From: a virus
Direction: 5' to 3' (one strand)
IMG/VR virus record: IMGVR_UViG_3300021960_006627
Coordinates: 15,804 to 79,803 of that record
Length of the DNA: 64,000 nt
Below, one piece after another: positions 19,345 to 28,463 of this stretch (positions within the stretch are counted from its first letter, which is position 1; the number at the start of each line of letters is the position of its first letter). The position numbers were made by a program, and so were the translations under genes. A model generated the notes under the pieces. It was not told the DNA's origin and made no database searches. It saw only the letters and a list, made by a program, of their open reading frames with translations.

Positions 19345-20031
19345 TTATCTTGGTGCAAACTCTTGTTGCAATTTAATATTGTCCATGAACTCTTTCTTAG
19401 TTCCTGGATCATCCTTGAAACTGCCTTCCAACACGGTTGTCTGCGTTAGACTGCTGTGTGCCATGATGCCTCTATTCTCACAGCAACCATGCGTTGCTTG
19501 AATATACACACCAATGTTCTTTGAGTTCGTTGCTTTCTTAATTTCACGTGCAATGTCATTGCACAGTTCTTCCTGTAAGGTTCCACGCCTTGCACACCAC
19601 TGTGCGATACGTGTGTATTTAGAAAGTCCAATTACCTTGCCATTTGGAATAATACCAATGTATGCCACGCCTGTTACTGGTTGATGATGATGCGAACAAA
19701 CACTCTTTAGTTCGCTTCTTACAACCAACATGCCCGTGTAAGCATCTTCACCTTCGTTTGGAAATGCTGTTGCCGTAGGAATCTTATCATAACGACCCTG
19801 CATTAGTTCATTGTAATACATTTTAGCAAGGCGTTTAGCAGTACCGTGGCTGTTAGGATCAGTTGCCCTATCAATGATAAGACTGTCCAAAACACCCTCA
19901 AACTTTTCCGCGGCTTCCTCGATTAGTTTTTCTTTTTCGCCAGCATAGATGAATTCACTAATATTATCGCCGGCCCAGTAACGCTTGTTAGCGTCCTTAA
20001 TTCTGCGTGTTACTTCTTCGTATTTTTTCAA
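19345..20031 (-). CDS. folE: GTP cyclohydrolase I
   Basis: SVCSHHHQP, VIGLSKYTR, LQEEL, ATHGCCENRG. Confidence 0.95.
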   Translation of the reverse strand: MKKYEEVTRRIKDANKRYWAGDNISEFIYAGEKEKLIEEAAEKFEGVLDSLIIDRATDPNSHGTAKRLAKMYYNELMQGRYDKIPTATAFPNEGEDAYTGMLVVRSELKSVCSHHHQPVTGVAYIGIIPNGKVIGLSKYTRIAQWCARRGTLQEELCNDIAREIKKATNSKNIGVYIQATHGCCENRGIMAHSSLTQTTVLEGSFKDDPGTKKEFMDNIKLQQEFAPR

Positions 20032-20071
20032 TTTGTGTCTCCGATGTTAAGGCAGTGGATTGCCATTGTTG

Positions 20072-21112
20072 TTATTTTAAAACCTTTAGTAGATTTCCGC
20101 AACCGAAATAATCTCCATTCAGTTTATACACCTGTTTATTTAGGCTTACGAGATAATCCTTGTAATTTTCCATATAATCAACAATCTTGTCCATTACTTG
20201 TTTCTTGTGCTTCTTGTAAGATTCCATTGATTCAGTCCATTCTGATGGATACTTGAATCTATCAAGTGCCATCTCACTGTAACTCAATCTGTCCGGAACC
20301 ATGGGCAATGCTCCTACCAGAGCACCCTCATACCAACTAATGCCCAGCGTTTCTTGTAGGTTCGCACTAAACACAAGTTTCGCCTCTCCCAGCAGGTTGT
20401 GGTATTCGTTCTTTGTTAGTGGCCTTTCCTGGCACACCACAAAGTTGTATTGTGGTAAGGATTCTTTTAGATCCTGGAATATGGGCAGTTGCTTTTCTGG
20501 AGCAATTCTGTGCGGAAATAGCACAGTATTAGTTTTCTTCATGCCCTTGTACATTGTGAGTGTTTGATCCATGTATTCAAATGGCCATCCCGTTCTTACT
20601 ACTTTGCTTCTGTCCAATTCTGGAAATGATTCAAAGAACATGTCGATGTGGAATTCACTTGCGAAGAAATTATGATCAAAGCATTCATACATGCTTCTTT
20701 CTGCATTTCTTACCCAAGGTTTATCACCTATAAGCCTGCCAAGGAAATCAGCAGGATCGTAACTACCAGCGTGCCAAAGACCACCGATTCTAATGTTAAT
20801 GCCCAGTAACTCAGCCATGTATTTAAGTTGGATAACAGTCGGGTTCCAAGCGTCCGTATATAGGAAATAATCTCCATCCTTCACTTCTCCTTTGCAGAAT
20901 GCTTCCGCGATCTGCATCAATTGGTTTGATTTATAAACATTGGTTCCACCAAAGTTGAGGAACGCCCCGGGCGTTGTTGCCTGAGGCGTATCCCCACCAT
21001 TTAATACTCTAACGGTATGGCCGTGAGCCTTCAGCAGTTTGGGAAATTCAGTCTTCCACTGTTTTGTGTAGCGTGTTTCTACTGCTTCGAGATCAACCAA
21101 CCATACATTCAT
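20072..21112 (-). CDS. GT-B (GT4-like) glycosyltransferase in the deazaguanine cluster
   Basis: FPHRIAPEK, SANLQETLGISWYEG (ExxGxxxxE), PDRLSYSE. Confidence 0.8.
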   Translation of the reverse strand: MNVWLVDLEAVETRYTKQWKTEFPKLLKAHGHTVRVLNGGDTPQATTPGAFLNFGGTNVYKSNQLMQIAEAFCKGEVKDGDYFLYTDAWNPTVIQLKYMAELLGINIRIGGLWHAGSYDPADFLGRLIGDKPWVRNAERSMYECFDHNFFASEFHIDMFFESFPELDRSKVVRTGWPFEYMDQTLTMYKGMKKTNTVLFPHRIAPEKQLPIFQDLKESLPQYNFVVCQERPLTKNEYHNLLGEAKLVFSANLQETLGISWYEGALVGALPMVPDRLSYSEMALDRFKYPSEWTESMESYKKHKKQVMDKIVDYMENYKDYLVSLNKQVYKLNGDYFGCGNLLKVLK

Positions 21113-21315
21113 TAGTTCTTCCTTTTAAATTTTTTATTCTTTCGATTGCGGTTACTGTACATTCTCCACGCATAACTTGCGTTGTTGTAGAGATCCTTTT
21201 CATTGAAAGGAAGTAAGTTACCGCGGTTGTCAAGATTGAAACGACAGAAGTCCTTAAAACGCTCAAGATCGTTAAAAACTTTATCGTAGGCTTCACGATT
21301 GAATTGAATAGCCAT
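21112..21315 (-). CDS. hypothetical protein
   Basis: coupled ORF with SD. Confidence 0.6.
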   Translation of the reverse strand: MAIQFNREAYDKVFNDLERFKDFCRFNLDNRGNLLPFNEKDLYNNASYAWRMYSNRNRKNKKFKRKN

Positions 21316-21330
21316 TTTATTTCACCTTTA

Positions 21331-21771
21331 TTACTTTGCATACTCAATGTGGGCACCGTTTTCTCCATCTTCACTTACGTCAATATGGACTTCACGGCCT
21401 GGGTGTTTGGCAATGATCTGTTCATACAAATCATCTGCCATCATTTCACAACTCTTATAATCTAACTCAAGTGTCTTCTCCTGATACAGTTTTTCTAACC
21501 AACGTTTAAATTGAATAAACTCAATATCTCTGTCGTTGTGTGTTACAGTGATACCGACCTTAAAATGGAATATGTGTCTGTGGGGATAACCCAAGAACGA
21601 AACATCATATTCATCACCTGTTGCAAGACTGGGATCATCCAGTGCCGCAGGATACTTGTGGATACCTTCCTTGCGGAACGTAACCCAAATCATTCTCTTT
21701 GCCGTATTCATGATACGTCTGTGATTGTCTTCTGCCATTGCTTCTTTCATCATTTCATCAGTTATGCTCAT
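21331..21771 (-). CDS. T-fold QueD-like protein (DpdL-type)
   Basis: GIH, LGYPHRHIF (LxxxHRHxF in place of QueD CxxxHGH), SCEMMA, VSEDGENG. Confidence 0.75.
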   Translation of the reverse strand: MSITDEMMKEAMAEDNHRRIMNTAKRMIWVTFRKEGIHKYPAALDDPSLATGDEYDVSFLGYPHRHIFHFKVGITVTHNDRDIEFIQFKRWLEKLYQEKTLELDYKSCEMMADDLYEQIIAKHPGREVHIDVSEDGENGAHIEYAK

Positions 21772-21789
21772 AGTATAGCGCCTTTTCTG

Positions 21790-22320
21790 TTAGTTGTCAT
21801 CCACAATCTTATCGTTTTTGTATTCATTCCATTCCGTAAATTTGGAACGGTCCATCAAGTCATGTAGGCTGTGGCACCATACACCTGGATTGGTTGCTTC
21901 AAAACCCTTGTCATCAATTTTGAGCATTGTGTTATAGTTCCAAAGTTTTATGTAAGGTATTGGAACCCTAATCTGTGGAATGAATCTATCATACTCAACC
22001 AATGGTCCTTCGAGAAACTCCCCGGCAGCATTGATTGGAATATCCAAACTGCAAAACAAATCATCCTTGAGAAATGGTTCAATCATCTTTTCCCATTCCT
22101 CATAATAGTCCGCACTGTGATTCTGTGAAGCAGGATCGAAACTGTGATTGGCACCAAAGAAGATGTGTTTAACATCCTGTGCATGATCCCTAATGATGCT
22201 CGGATCATTTAGACCCGTAACGAATAGAGTTTGCATTCCGTGTGCAGGAGTTTTTTCAACTTCTACACCTGTAAAAAATCCTACGTCACTTGCACTACCA
22301 GTTTCATAATCACGTTGCAT
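21790..22320 (-). CDS. hypothetical protein of the deazaguanine cluster
   Basis: 176-aa ORF between the TGT-like and T-fold genes. Confidence 0.75.
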   Translation of the reverse strand: MQRDYETGSASDVGFFTGVEVEKTPAHGMQTLFVTGLNDPSIIRDHAQDVKHIFFGANHSFDPASQNHSADYYEEWEKMIEPFLKDDLFCSLDIPINAAGEFLEGPLVEYDRFIPQIRVPIPYIKLWNYNTMLKIDDKGFEATNPGVWCHSLHDLMDRSKFTEWNEYKNDKIVDDN

Positions 22321-22496
22321 TATGCGTGTTCCTTCTCCAGTTTCTCGATTTCATCCTTCATCTTGAGTCGATCTCGTTTCATTTCGGAAATTTCCTCATC
22401 AGTAAATTTACCGGTCTTCTCCATAGTATCGATCTTCTTATTTAGGTATTGGTGTGTTTCCCTTAACCATTTCAGCCTTTGTGTATAGTCACCCAT
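22320..22496 (-). CDS. DUF465/YdcH-like coiled-coil protein
   Basis: H..L.KKI...EMKRDRLKMKDEI; GGAGG SD. Confidence 0.55.
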   Translation of the reverse strand: MGDYTQRLKWLRETHQYLNKKIDTMEKTGKFTDEEISEMKRDRLKMKDEIEKLEKEHA

Positions 22497-22497
22497 A

Positions 22498-24045
22498 TCA
22501 CGCCTCCTGTAGTTGTTTCTCCAATTTGTCCAACTCGCCATCTTCTCGATCATCTGACCAAGGCGTTTTCTCTTCTCCATCGTTGTCTACCTCCACGAAC
22601 ATCCTGTTAAATTCGTTAGTAACACCACCACGCAGCCTTGCACCTTCGAGATCCTTAAGGAAACTGTCTGCTAGTTTAATCATAGCAAATGCTTCATCCT
22701 TGGTCTTGCACTCAAACAGTTCTTCTACGAATCTATCAAAGTATAGGATGTTGCGTGGCACCCAATCACTGTATTCATCACTCTTGTCTGCTTCTTTAAC
22801 TTTTCTCCAACGTCTCCAGTCTGGACGTTCTTTAGCCAATTCAATATCAGTTAAGTTATTAGCACGTTGAACAGCAACAATGTGTTGATAAACATTGTGT
22901 GCCATCATAAGTGCATAACCAAAACTATCCCACGATGTTTTTCCTTCCTTACCGATCTTGTTAAGCATTCCTGGCGCATAGTGGCATATGTCCGCGATGC
23001 TAAGGCGTCTGCCAATTTCGCTTTCGAACGGGAAAGGAATATCATGCCGCTTGGCAAGACTCTTATTATCAGGGGCCTTGTCCATAATAACTGACCAACG
23101 CTTACTTGTGTGTTGGGAGTTAGTATATACCAACCCGTGTGCTGTAGCAATAAAAGGACTTGCGCAGTCGAAACTGATTGTAAAGTTTTCATTGATGTGT
23201 TTGCGAACCTGTCTTTGAATTGAAGTTAAGTAGCATGACCAATCAAGTTGTGCCGTGCCTAGGAAGTGCATCCAGTCCTTGCCTTCCAGCATGCCATCAA
23301 ACTTCATAGTCATTAAGCGTCTTAGTGTAATTGGCATCTTGCACATGTTAGCACCACCCATAGCCCAACCTTCGCAGGCCTTGTCCTTCCATATCTTAGG
23401 ATCGGAGAATTCTTTAACACCTTCATACCACTTCTCAGCGGTATCCCAGTCTGAACCCTGTAATACGTTTAGGAATTTAGTAGCACCAAGTCTGCGCTCT
23501 AGCCAATACTTGTTGTTAAAACGTGTCTTGTCCAAGCAGTCCTCAAAACTCTTTAGTCCTGTCTTAGGCGAATGAATGTGGTCACATGCCCAAGTCGGAA
23601 CGTCAAGTAGCATTGACCAATCTGCTGTTAGTTCAAGCCAATTAAGAATATCATCTCTAACCTTATTAGCAGCCGCACCTTCAAAGTTTAGCCAATCAAA
23701 CTTAAGAACACCCTTACCAACCTGATATCCACCCGAGTCACCAAGTATCATGGTCTTTCCTCTATCTCGACTCTGTACCATTGCATCCTGATCCATTGTC
23801 TTATCAAGATTTAATTGTGCGTGTCCTGCTGAATACAATCCATACTTGTATGTAAAGTATCCTTCTTCTTCATTTAAAAAGTTCATACCTTCGATGCCGC
23901 GATCAAAACCCTGCGGAATACGTTCTTTAGGAACAAACTCTTCCTTACGTTGTTTAGCAATATAAGTGCTGAAGAAAGAACTAATAGCAGGCAAATACAC
24001 TGCGTAGTCTTTCTGTAATGGTGTTAGATTGACTGGTTTTTTCAT
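22498..24045 (-). CDS. TGT-fold guanine transglycosylase (DpdA-like)
   Basis: GDSGGYQ, MLLD, VLQG, GWAMGG, HFLG, SFDCASP (catalytic Asp), AHN. Confidence 0.8.
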   Translation of the reverse strand: MKKPVNLTPLQKDYAVYLPAISSFFSTYIAKQRKEEFVPKERIPQGFDRGIEGMNFLNEEEGYFTYKYGLYSAGHAQLNLDKTMDQDAMVQSRDRGKTMILGDSGGYQVGKGVLKFDWLNFEGAAANKVRDDILNWLELTADWSMLLDVPTWACDHIHSPKTGLKSFEDCLDKTRFNNKYWLERRLGATKFLNVLQGSDWDTAEKWYEGVKEFSDPKIWKDKACEGWAMGGANMCKMPITLRRLMTMKFDGMLEGKDWMHFLGTAQLDWSCYLTSIQRQVRKHINENFTISFDCASPFIATAHGLVYTNSQHTSKRWSVIMDKAPDNKSLAKRHDIPFPFESEIGRRLSIADICHYAPGMLNKIGKEGKTSWDSFGYALMMAHNVYQHIVAVQRANNLTDIELAKERPDWRRWRKVKEADKSDEYSDWVPRNILYFDRFVEELFECKTKDEAFAMIKLADSFLKDLEGARLRGGVTNEFNRMFVEVDNDGEEKTPWSDDREDGELDKLEKQLQEA

Positions 24046-24053
24046 AACTTTAT

Positions 24054-24791
24054 TTAGGCCGCCTGTGCTGGAATGATATATTTGTATTTTGCCAAACCGC
24101 TATCTAATTCAATCTGAATGGCCCCTTCGTTTGAAATACTCATCTTGGTGTTATTCACATCAGCAATTTTTAGAATTGCAAGGATGCTCGCAACAGGCCA
24201 AGTCCAACCACGATCCAACTTACCTTCAACATTAGTAGCAAAAATAAATTCACCGCCATGCGTTGAAGCATCACCAAAGATAAACTTCAAATTACCATCT
24301 TCAGTCTTTGCTAAGAATGTTGGATGTTCTGGATTTGCACCAGCCTGGAAATTAAAACGCTGAACGCCTGCCAGTGTAGGCACAACTTCCACGTCCCAAT
24401 TAACTCCACGGAACTTTACCGTTTTCATCTTTTCGTTAATGATTTCCATGTTCATAAAACGATAATCGTTCTTGAAGTCACCATCCTTGTTTTCAAAGTG
24501 AATGCCTACAGGAATAGTTGCACCATTGCGTTCCGCACTTGTGATACTAATCTTTGCATCATCCTTGTATTCACTACCATCTAGCAAATACTTTAGTTTT
24601 TGTAGTTGTGGCATGCCAAATACACCTAGCATATCCGGATAAGGATTGTTTGTATCCGCCTCCATAATTACTGATCTATCATCAGCCATAGAAAACATTG
24701 CAGTCTTATCTCCCTCACCTGTAACCTTTACAGTTGTAAGAAAGCCTAAGTTCTGTGTATGTCCTACGATATCTTGTAAAATGTCTTTCAT
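24054..24791 (-). CDS. DNA polymerase sliding clamp (gp45-like)
   Basis: 245-aa beta-rich protein next to polB, C-terminal YKYIIPA. Confidence 0.6.
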   Translation of the reverse strand: MKDILQDIVGHTQNLGFLTTVKVTGEGDKTAMFSMADDRSVIMEADTNNPYPDMLGVFGMPQLQKLKYLLDGSEYKDDAKISITSAERNGATIPVGIHFENKDGDFKNDYRFMNMEIINEKMKTVKFRGVNWDVEVVPTLAGVQRFNFQAGANPEHPTFLAKTEDGNLKFIFGDASTHGGEFIFATNVEGKLDRGWTWPVASILAILKIADVNNTKMSISNEGAIQIELDSGLAKYKYIIPAQAA

Positions 24792-24848
24792 TGAATTCTC
24801 CTATACATTACATTATATTTAGGTTTTGTATAAAACACAAGTCCTTTT

Positions 24849-27512
24849 TTACTCAAAATCAAATAATTTATTAAAGTTATTGTCATTTCGAGTTTGACTA
24901 ATGTCCCATTCCAATACACCAATTAAGTTTTTAAGTTTTTCATCGATAACTGTATTTTCCATAGTAGCATCATCGAATGGTAAATCCTTAAACCATTCCG
25001 GCAGTCTTAGTTCATCTACCGGATATGCCACACTTGTGTAACCCATTGGGTTATCCTTAACCTTACAGACAATGACCTTTGCACCGTCTGTGATATTCAC
25101 TGAATACTTGTCACCGTTCATGCGTTTAAGTGTGTTCCAATTAATACTTGCTCGAACGTGTCCAGGCATATTTGCCTTTCCTGCTTTCTTTTCTTTGGCT
25201 TCATACTCAGTAATCTTGTTTGCACGTTTAGGCGAACCTTTTTCCCAACCAGGACGTGCTTTGAATTCTGTTCTAAATTCTGTAATGTAATCCAATACAT
25301 CTTCCTTTTCTTTTCCTGACAGAACCATTTCCAATACGTTACTTAGGAAGTCTTGGATGACAACAGGAGTATCCGAACGCTTGAGATCGAGACCCATCGC
25401 CTTAATTTTACCTGGCTTGCCCTCTGTGTCTGTTCTAAAACCTTCAATGTCATAGTAGAGAACTGCATATCTTTTCTTTGTAATAAACAGTCCTTTGCTC
25501 GCAACAATTTCTCTAGCAGCCGCAATCACTTCCGAACGCTTCTTGGGACAGTGAAATGCTTGGCTCATAAATTTTCCAAATGTGGCATTTGTAGTTTCGC
25601 CGATAGTGTCATACAGTTCTACAACGCTATCCTTTGTCCAAGGAATAGTTCCTGCGTCAATATCTTTCTTAAGTGTGCTATATGCACTAAAGTATGTAGA
25701 ATCTGTATCACCATAAACAATTGCCTTACCTGTATGATCATAGTCGCCTGTTACGATCTCATTGATTTTAGCAGCCATGTGTTTGGTAATGCTTCGTCCT
25801 GTAAGTGTAACACTCTGACCAATCCTGTTGTCGAAAAATCTACAGCCTGGATTTAGGATTGCACCATACAAACTGTTGAGCAAAATCTTCTTGACCAACT
25901 GTCGCTTTGCCCAGTATTCTTCTTCAATCTTGTTGCCTGCGTTCTGGCTTTCCTTCTGCTTGGCCTGCATCTCCTTACGTTCCTTGTACCAACGTGCGAG
26001 TAGGCCGGGTATCACGCCTTCCTTTTCATAAGTGAAGATTGTGCCATTGGCACTCAGCATCCAAGGTTGGTTGCTTTCATAGATTAAATCATATATCTGT
26101 GCGGCACTTAATGTATCGTTGTCACCGTTCTCCCAATCAATTGTGATCTGTCTGCCTATTTCCTTTTCCATTACAGAACTGTATTCAACACTACCAAACA
26201 TACCTTCCCATGCACTTGCAAAGGATTTGCCCTTGGCCATTTGTCCATCAATGTGTGCTTTGGTACCATCCTGCCGTAGTTGCCCAACAACAGTTTCAGG
26301 CCCCATGTTCAATGCTCTAATAACACTAGGATACAGTGAATTCAAGTCAACCGATCCAATCCACTCGTGTATGCCCTTCTTAGGATACGCAACATAAGCA
26401 CCTGCTGCCGGCTCTGAGCCAGGCTCACGTTTCACTCTGTTCGGAACAATCATTCCACGTCTGTGTGCTTCGTTGATAATGCCCTGTTCTGTAACAGCAA
26501 CAGCACCCATTGTGGTTTGTATAAGCACAGTGTTTTCGTGTGCAATAGTGTTTGCAAGGTCAATAAACTTTAGTTTCTTGTCCAGTTTATCAAGCAGTGC
26601 AGTATCCTGCCTGTTGTATTCAATGAACGTTCTAAAGTCATTGTTGTATAGTGCATCAAGGCTTCCTTCATACACGGTTTTCTTTTCGCCTACTTCTAGT
26701 TCGCCAATAGCATCTAGTCGATATGTGTGTCTTTCTTCATAGTTGTATTTTCTGTAAAGTTCCAAACTATCCACATGCACACGACCAACTAGATCATATG
26801 TTGTAGATTCCTTACCAAACTTTTCATATGTTCTTTTTTTAGGATATTGATCCCACAAGCACAAACGTCTTGTATCTTCTTTGCTTAAAACTTTAATAAT
26901 ACGGTTAACAGTGTAGGGCATATCATAACCTTCACTGTTCCAGCCACTTAGCACATCCGCATCCTGTATCAGGTCAAGAAACGCATCAAGCATATCCGCT
27001 TCGTTTTCATAAAGTATTGTGTTTGGAATACCTTCAATTGCCTTTTGTGCTTCTGCCATCGATAGTGTCTTAGGTGGAATAGCAAGACAGATTAGTTCTT
27101 CCATCCACTGCAAATGCACCGCAATGGAAGTGATTGGCATGAATGCATCCTCAGGAGAAGCATAGCCACGCTCCGGATCGAAATCAACCTCAATATCCCA
27201 AAATGCAACATTCAGTTTTGGTGCATCAATGTTTAGATAGTTGTCTTCAAGACAACGATAGATAGGATTAATATCGCTTTCGTATAATTTCTTGTTGGAA
27301 TGGATCGCAAGTTCCTTGCGAAGTTCTTTAATATTCTTTGCACTTACTCGCTGTAGTGCTTCACCATAGATTGATTGGTGCTTTCCTCTTGGATCTTTAT
27401 AATAGAATATGTGTCGGGGTTGATACTCTGTGAAACTTCTCTTGCCGTTCTTTCTTTCGACAATTCGAATAATGTCTTCGTTGCGATCATAGAACGCATC
27501 TACGTAACTCAT
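24849..27512 (-). CDS. family B DNA polymerase
   Basis: DIEVD ExoI, GWNSEGYD, YNRQD, DLNSLYPS, KILLNSLYG, YGDTDS, KKRY. Confidence 0.97.
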   Translation of the reverse strand: MSYVDAFYDRNEDIIRIVERKNGKRSFTEYQPRHIFYYKDPRGKHQSIYGEALQRVSAKNIKELRKELAIHSNKKLYESDINPIYRCLEDNYLNIDAPKLNVAFWDIEVDFDPERGYASPEDAFMPITSIAVHLQWMEELICLAIPPKTLSMAEAQKAIEGIPNTILYENEADMLDAFLDLIQDADVLSGWNSEGYDMPYTVNRIIKVLSKEDTRRLCLWDQYPKKRTYEKFGKESTTYDLVGRVHVDSLELYRKYNYEERHTYRLDAIGELEVGEKKTVYEGSLDALYNNDFRTFIEYNRQDTALLDKLDKKLKFIDLANTIAHENTVLIQTTMGAVAVTEQGIINEAHRRGMIVPNRVKREPGSEPAAGAYVAYPKKGIHEWIGSVDLNSLYPSVIRALNMGPETVVGQLRQDGTKAHIDGQMAKGKSFASAWEGMFGSVEYSSVMEKEIGRQITIDWENGDNDTLSAAQIYDLIYESNQPWMLSANGTIFTYEKEGVIPGLLARWYKERKEMQAKQKESQNAGNKIEEEYWAKRQLVKKILLNSLYGAILNPGCRFFDNRIGQSVTLTGRSITKHMAAKINEIVTGDYDHTGKAIVYGDTDSTYFSAYSTLKKDIDAGTIPWTKDSVVELYDTIGETTNATFGKFMSQAFHCPKKRSEVIAAAREIVASKGLFITKKRYAVLYYDIEGFRTDTEGKPGKIKAMGLDLKRSDTPVVIQDFLSNVLEMVLSGKEKEDVLDYITEFRTEFKARPGWEKGSPKRANKITEYEAKEKKAGKANMPGHVRASINWNTLKRMNGDKYSVNITDGAKVIVCKVKDNPMGYTSVAYPVDELRLPEWFKDLPFDDATMENTVIDEKLKNLIGVLEWDISQTRNDNNFNKLFDFE

Positions 27513-27616
27513 CTTTTCTCCTTACATGCCATTTTCGGCTGGCAAATACCAAACAGTCCTTTAGTGGCGGACAAAACCTTCTTCACTATTATATATCCTT
27601 GCAAATCATCATGCAA
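27513..27616 (-). promoter_or_regulatory. polymerase promoter and two-hairpin leader
   Basis: TTGCAT-17-TATAAT (27616-27588); hairpins GTCC-9-GGAC and TGCCA-8-TGGCA just before AAGGAG. Confidence 0.55.
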
Positions 27617-27839
27617 GATAAAACAGGCTAATACCAATAATGCCCACTGCGCTTAGAACCGCATTTGTAACTATCAGTGCAGGTTCCTTCCACATGAACG
27701 AAACAATCAACCAAACTATACCACCCGCGGCAAGCAGTGCTGGCCCCAGCGGATACAAATTAGGAAATGTTGCATTAACAAATGTTCCTATGATTAAGAT
27801 TATAGTTGCTACCCATTTGAGTATTGAATCAATTTTCAT
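27609..27839 (-). CDS. small 3-TM membrane protein
   Basis: three hydrophobic segments. Confidence 0.7.
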   Translation of the reverse strand: MKIDSILKWVATIILIIGTFVNATFPNLYPLGPALLAAGGIVWLIVSFMWKEPALIVTNAVLSAVGIIGISLFYLA

Positions 27840-28209
27840 TTATTTTTTCTTCCACTGTAGCCACAGTTGTATCAGTTTCATTCGATGCTTGAATTCCTTC
27901 TTCTGCGTTTTGGCTATCTTCTGTTCCGTTGTCTTCATCTTCTATGACCTCTGTTGGTTTTAACATTGGAATTCCGGTTCTATCAAACCACCTACCATCG
28001 TCAGTGACGAAGCAGTGTGATTTAAAATTGTTTCCGTCTATTCCCCTTAGGATAAGTTGCTTCTTGTGTATCTTTCCTTTATAAGTCGAATAATCTGCCT
28101 GTATTAATCTTAACTGACCACCACTTGCTGGGCTTCCGTAAATTCTGTCCGCCGGCTCTCCGTTCATACCTATGTGATTAGAAACAATGATGTAATTGTT
28201 ATTTTCCAT
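27829..28209 (-). CDS. hypothetical protein
   Basis: packed ORF with acidic tail. Confidence 0.65.
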   Translation of the reverse strand: MENNNYIIVSNHIGMNGEPADRIYGSPASGGQLRLIQADYSTYKGKIHKKQLILRGIDGNNFKSHCFVTDDGRWFDRTGIPMLKPTEVIEDEDNGTEDSQNAEEGIQASNETDTTVATVEEKINEN

Positions 28210-28426
28210 TGCGTTGATCAATAATTTTCTTTATGTGCATTAGGTTTTCAGGAACTTCCCAACCAAAAACTGATGCTAGATTAACACCACTGTTTTCGTA
28301 TTCTAGTTCCTTAGCACCTCTTTTCATTCCAAAACCGAGACCTCCTTTTGTCTTGGTATGTCTCTTAGGGTCGTATTGAGATTCGTCTTTGTATTGCACT
28401 TTTTTATATCTCTTTCTTTGTCTCAT
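28199..28426 (-). CDS. basic hypothetical protein
   Basis: 8 nt downstream of a sigma70 -10 box. Confidence 0.6.
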   Translation of the reverse strand: MRQRKRYKKVQYKDESQYDPKRHTKTKGGLGFGMKRGAKELEYENSGVNLASVFGWEVPENLMHIKKIIDQRNGK

Positions 28427-28434
28427 ATGTTAGT

Positions 28435-28463
28435 ATTGTAACACAGACTAGAGTGTCTGTCAA
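28435..28463 (-). promoter_or_regulatory. sigma70 promoter
   Basis: TTGACA-17-TACAAT. Confidence 0.7.

Noticed and set aside
20032-20071. Possible preQ1 riboswitch before folE
   Set aside because: Only a 4-bp hairpin; lacks the preQ1-I loop consensus and A-rich tail
21093-21374. 93-aa alternative-frame ORF
   Set aside because: Overlaps three genes; 21112..21315 has the SD and the stop/start coupling
24849-27512. Possible intein or intron in the polymerase (insert between motifs A and B)
   Set aside because: Continuous frame; no intein C/S...HN ends or homing-endonuclease motifs
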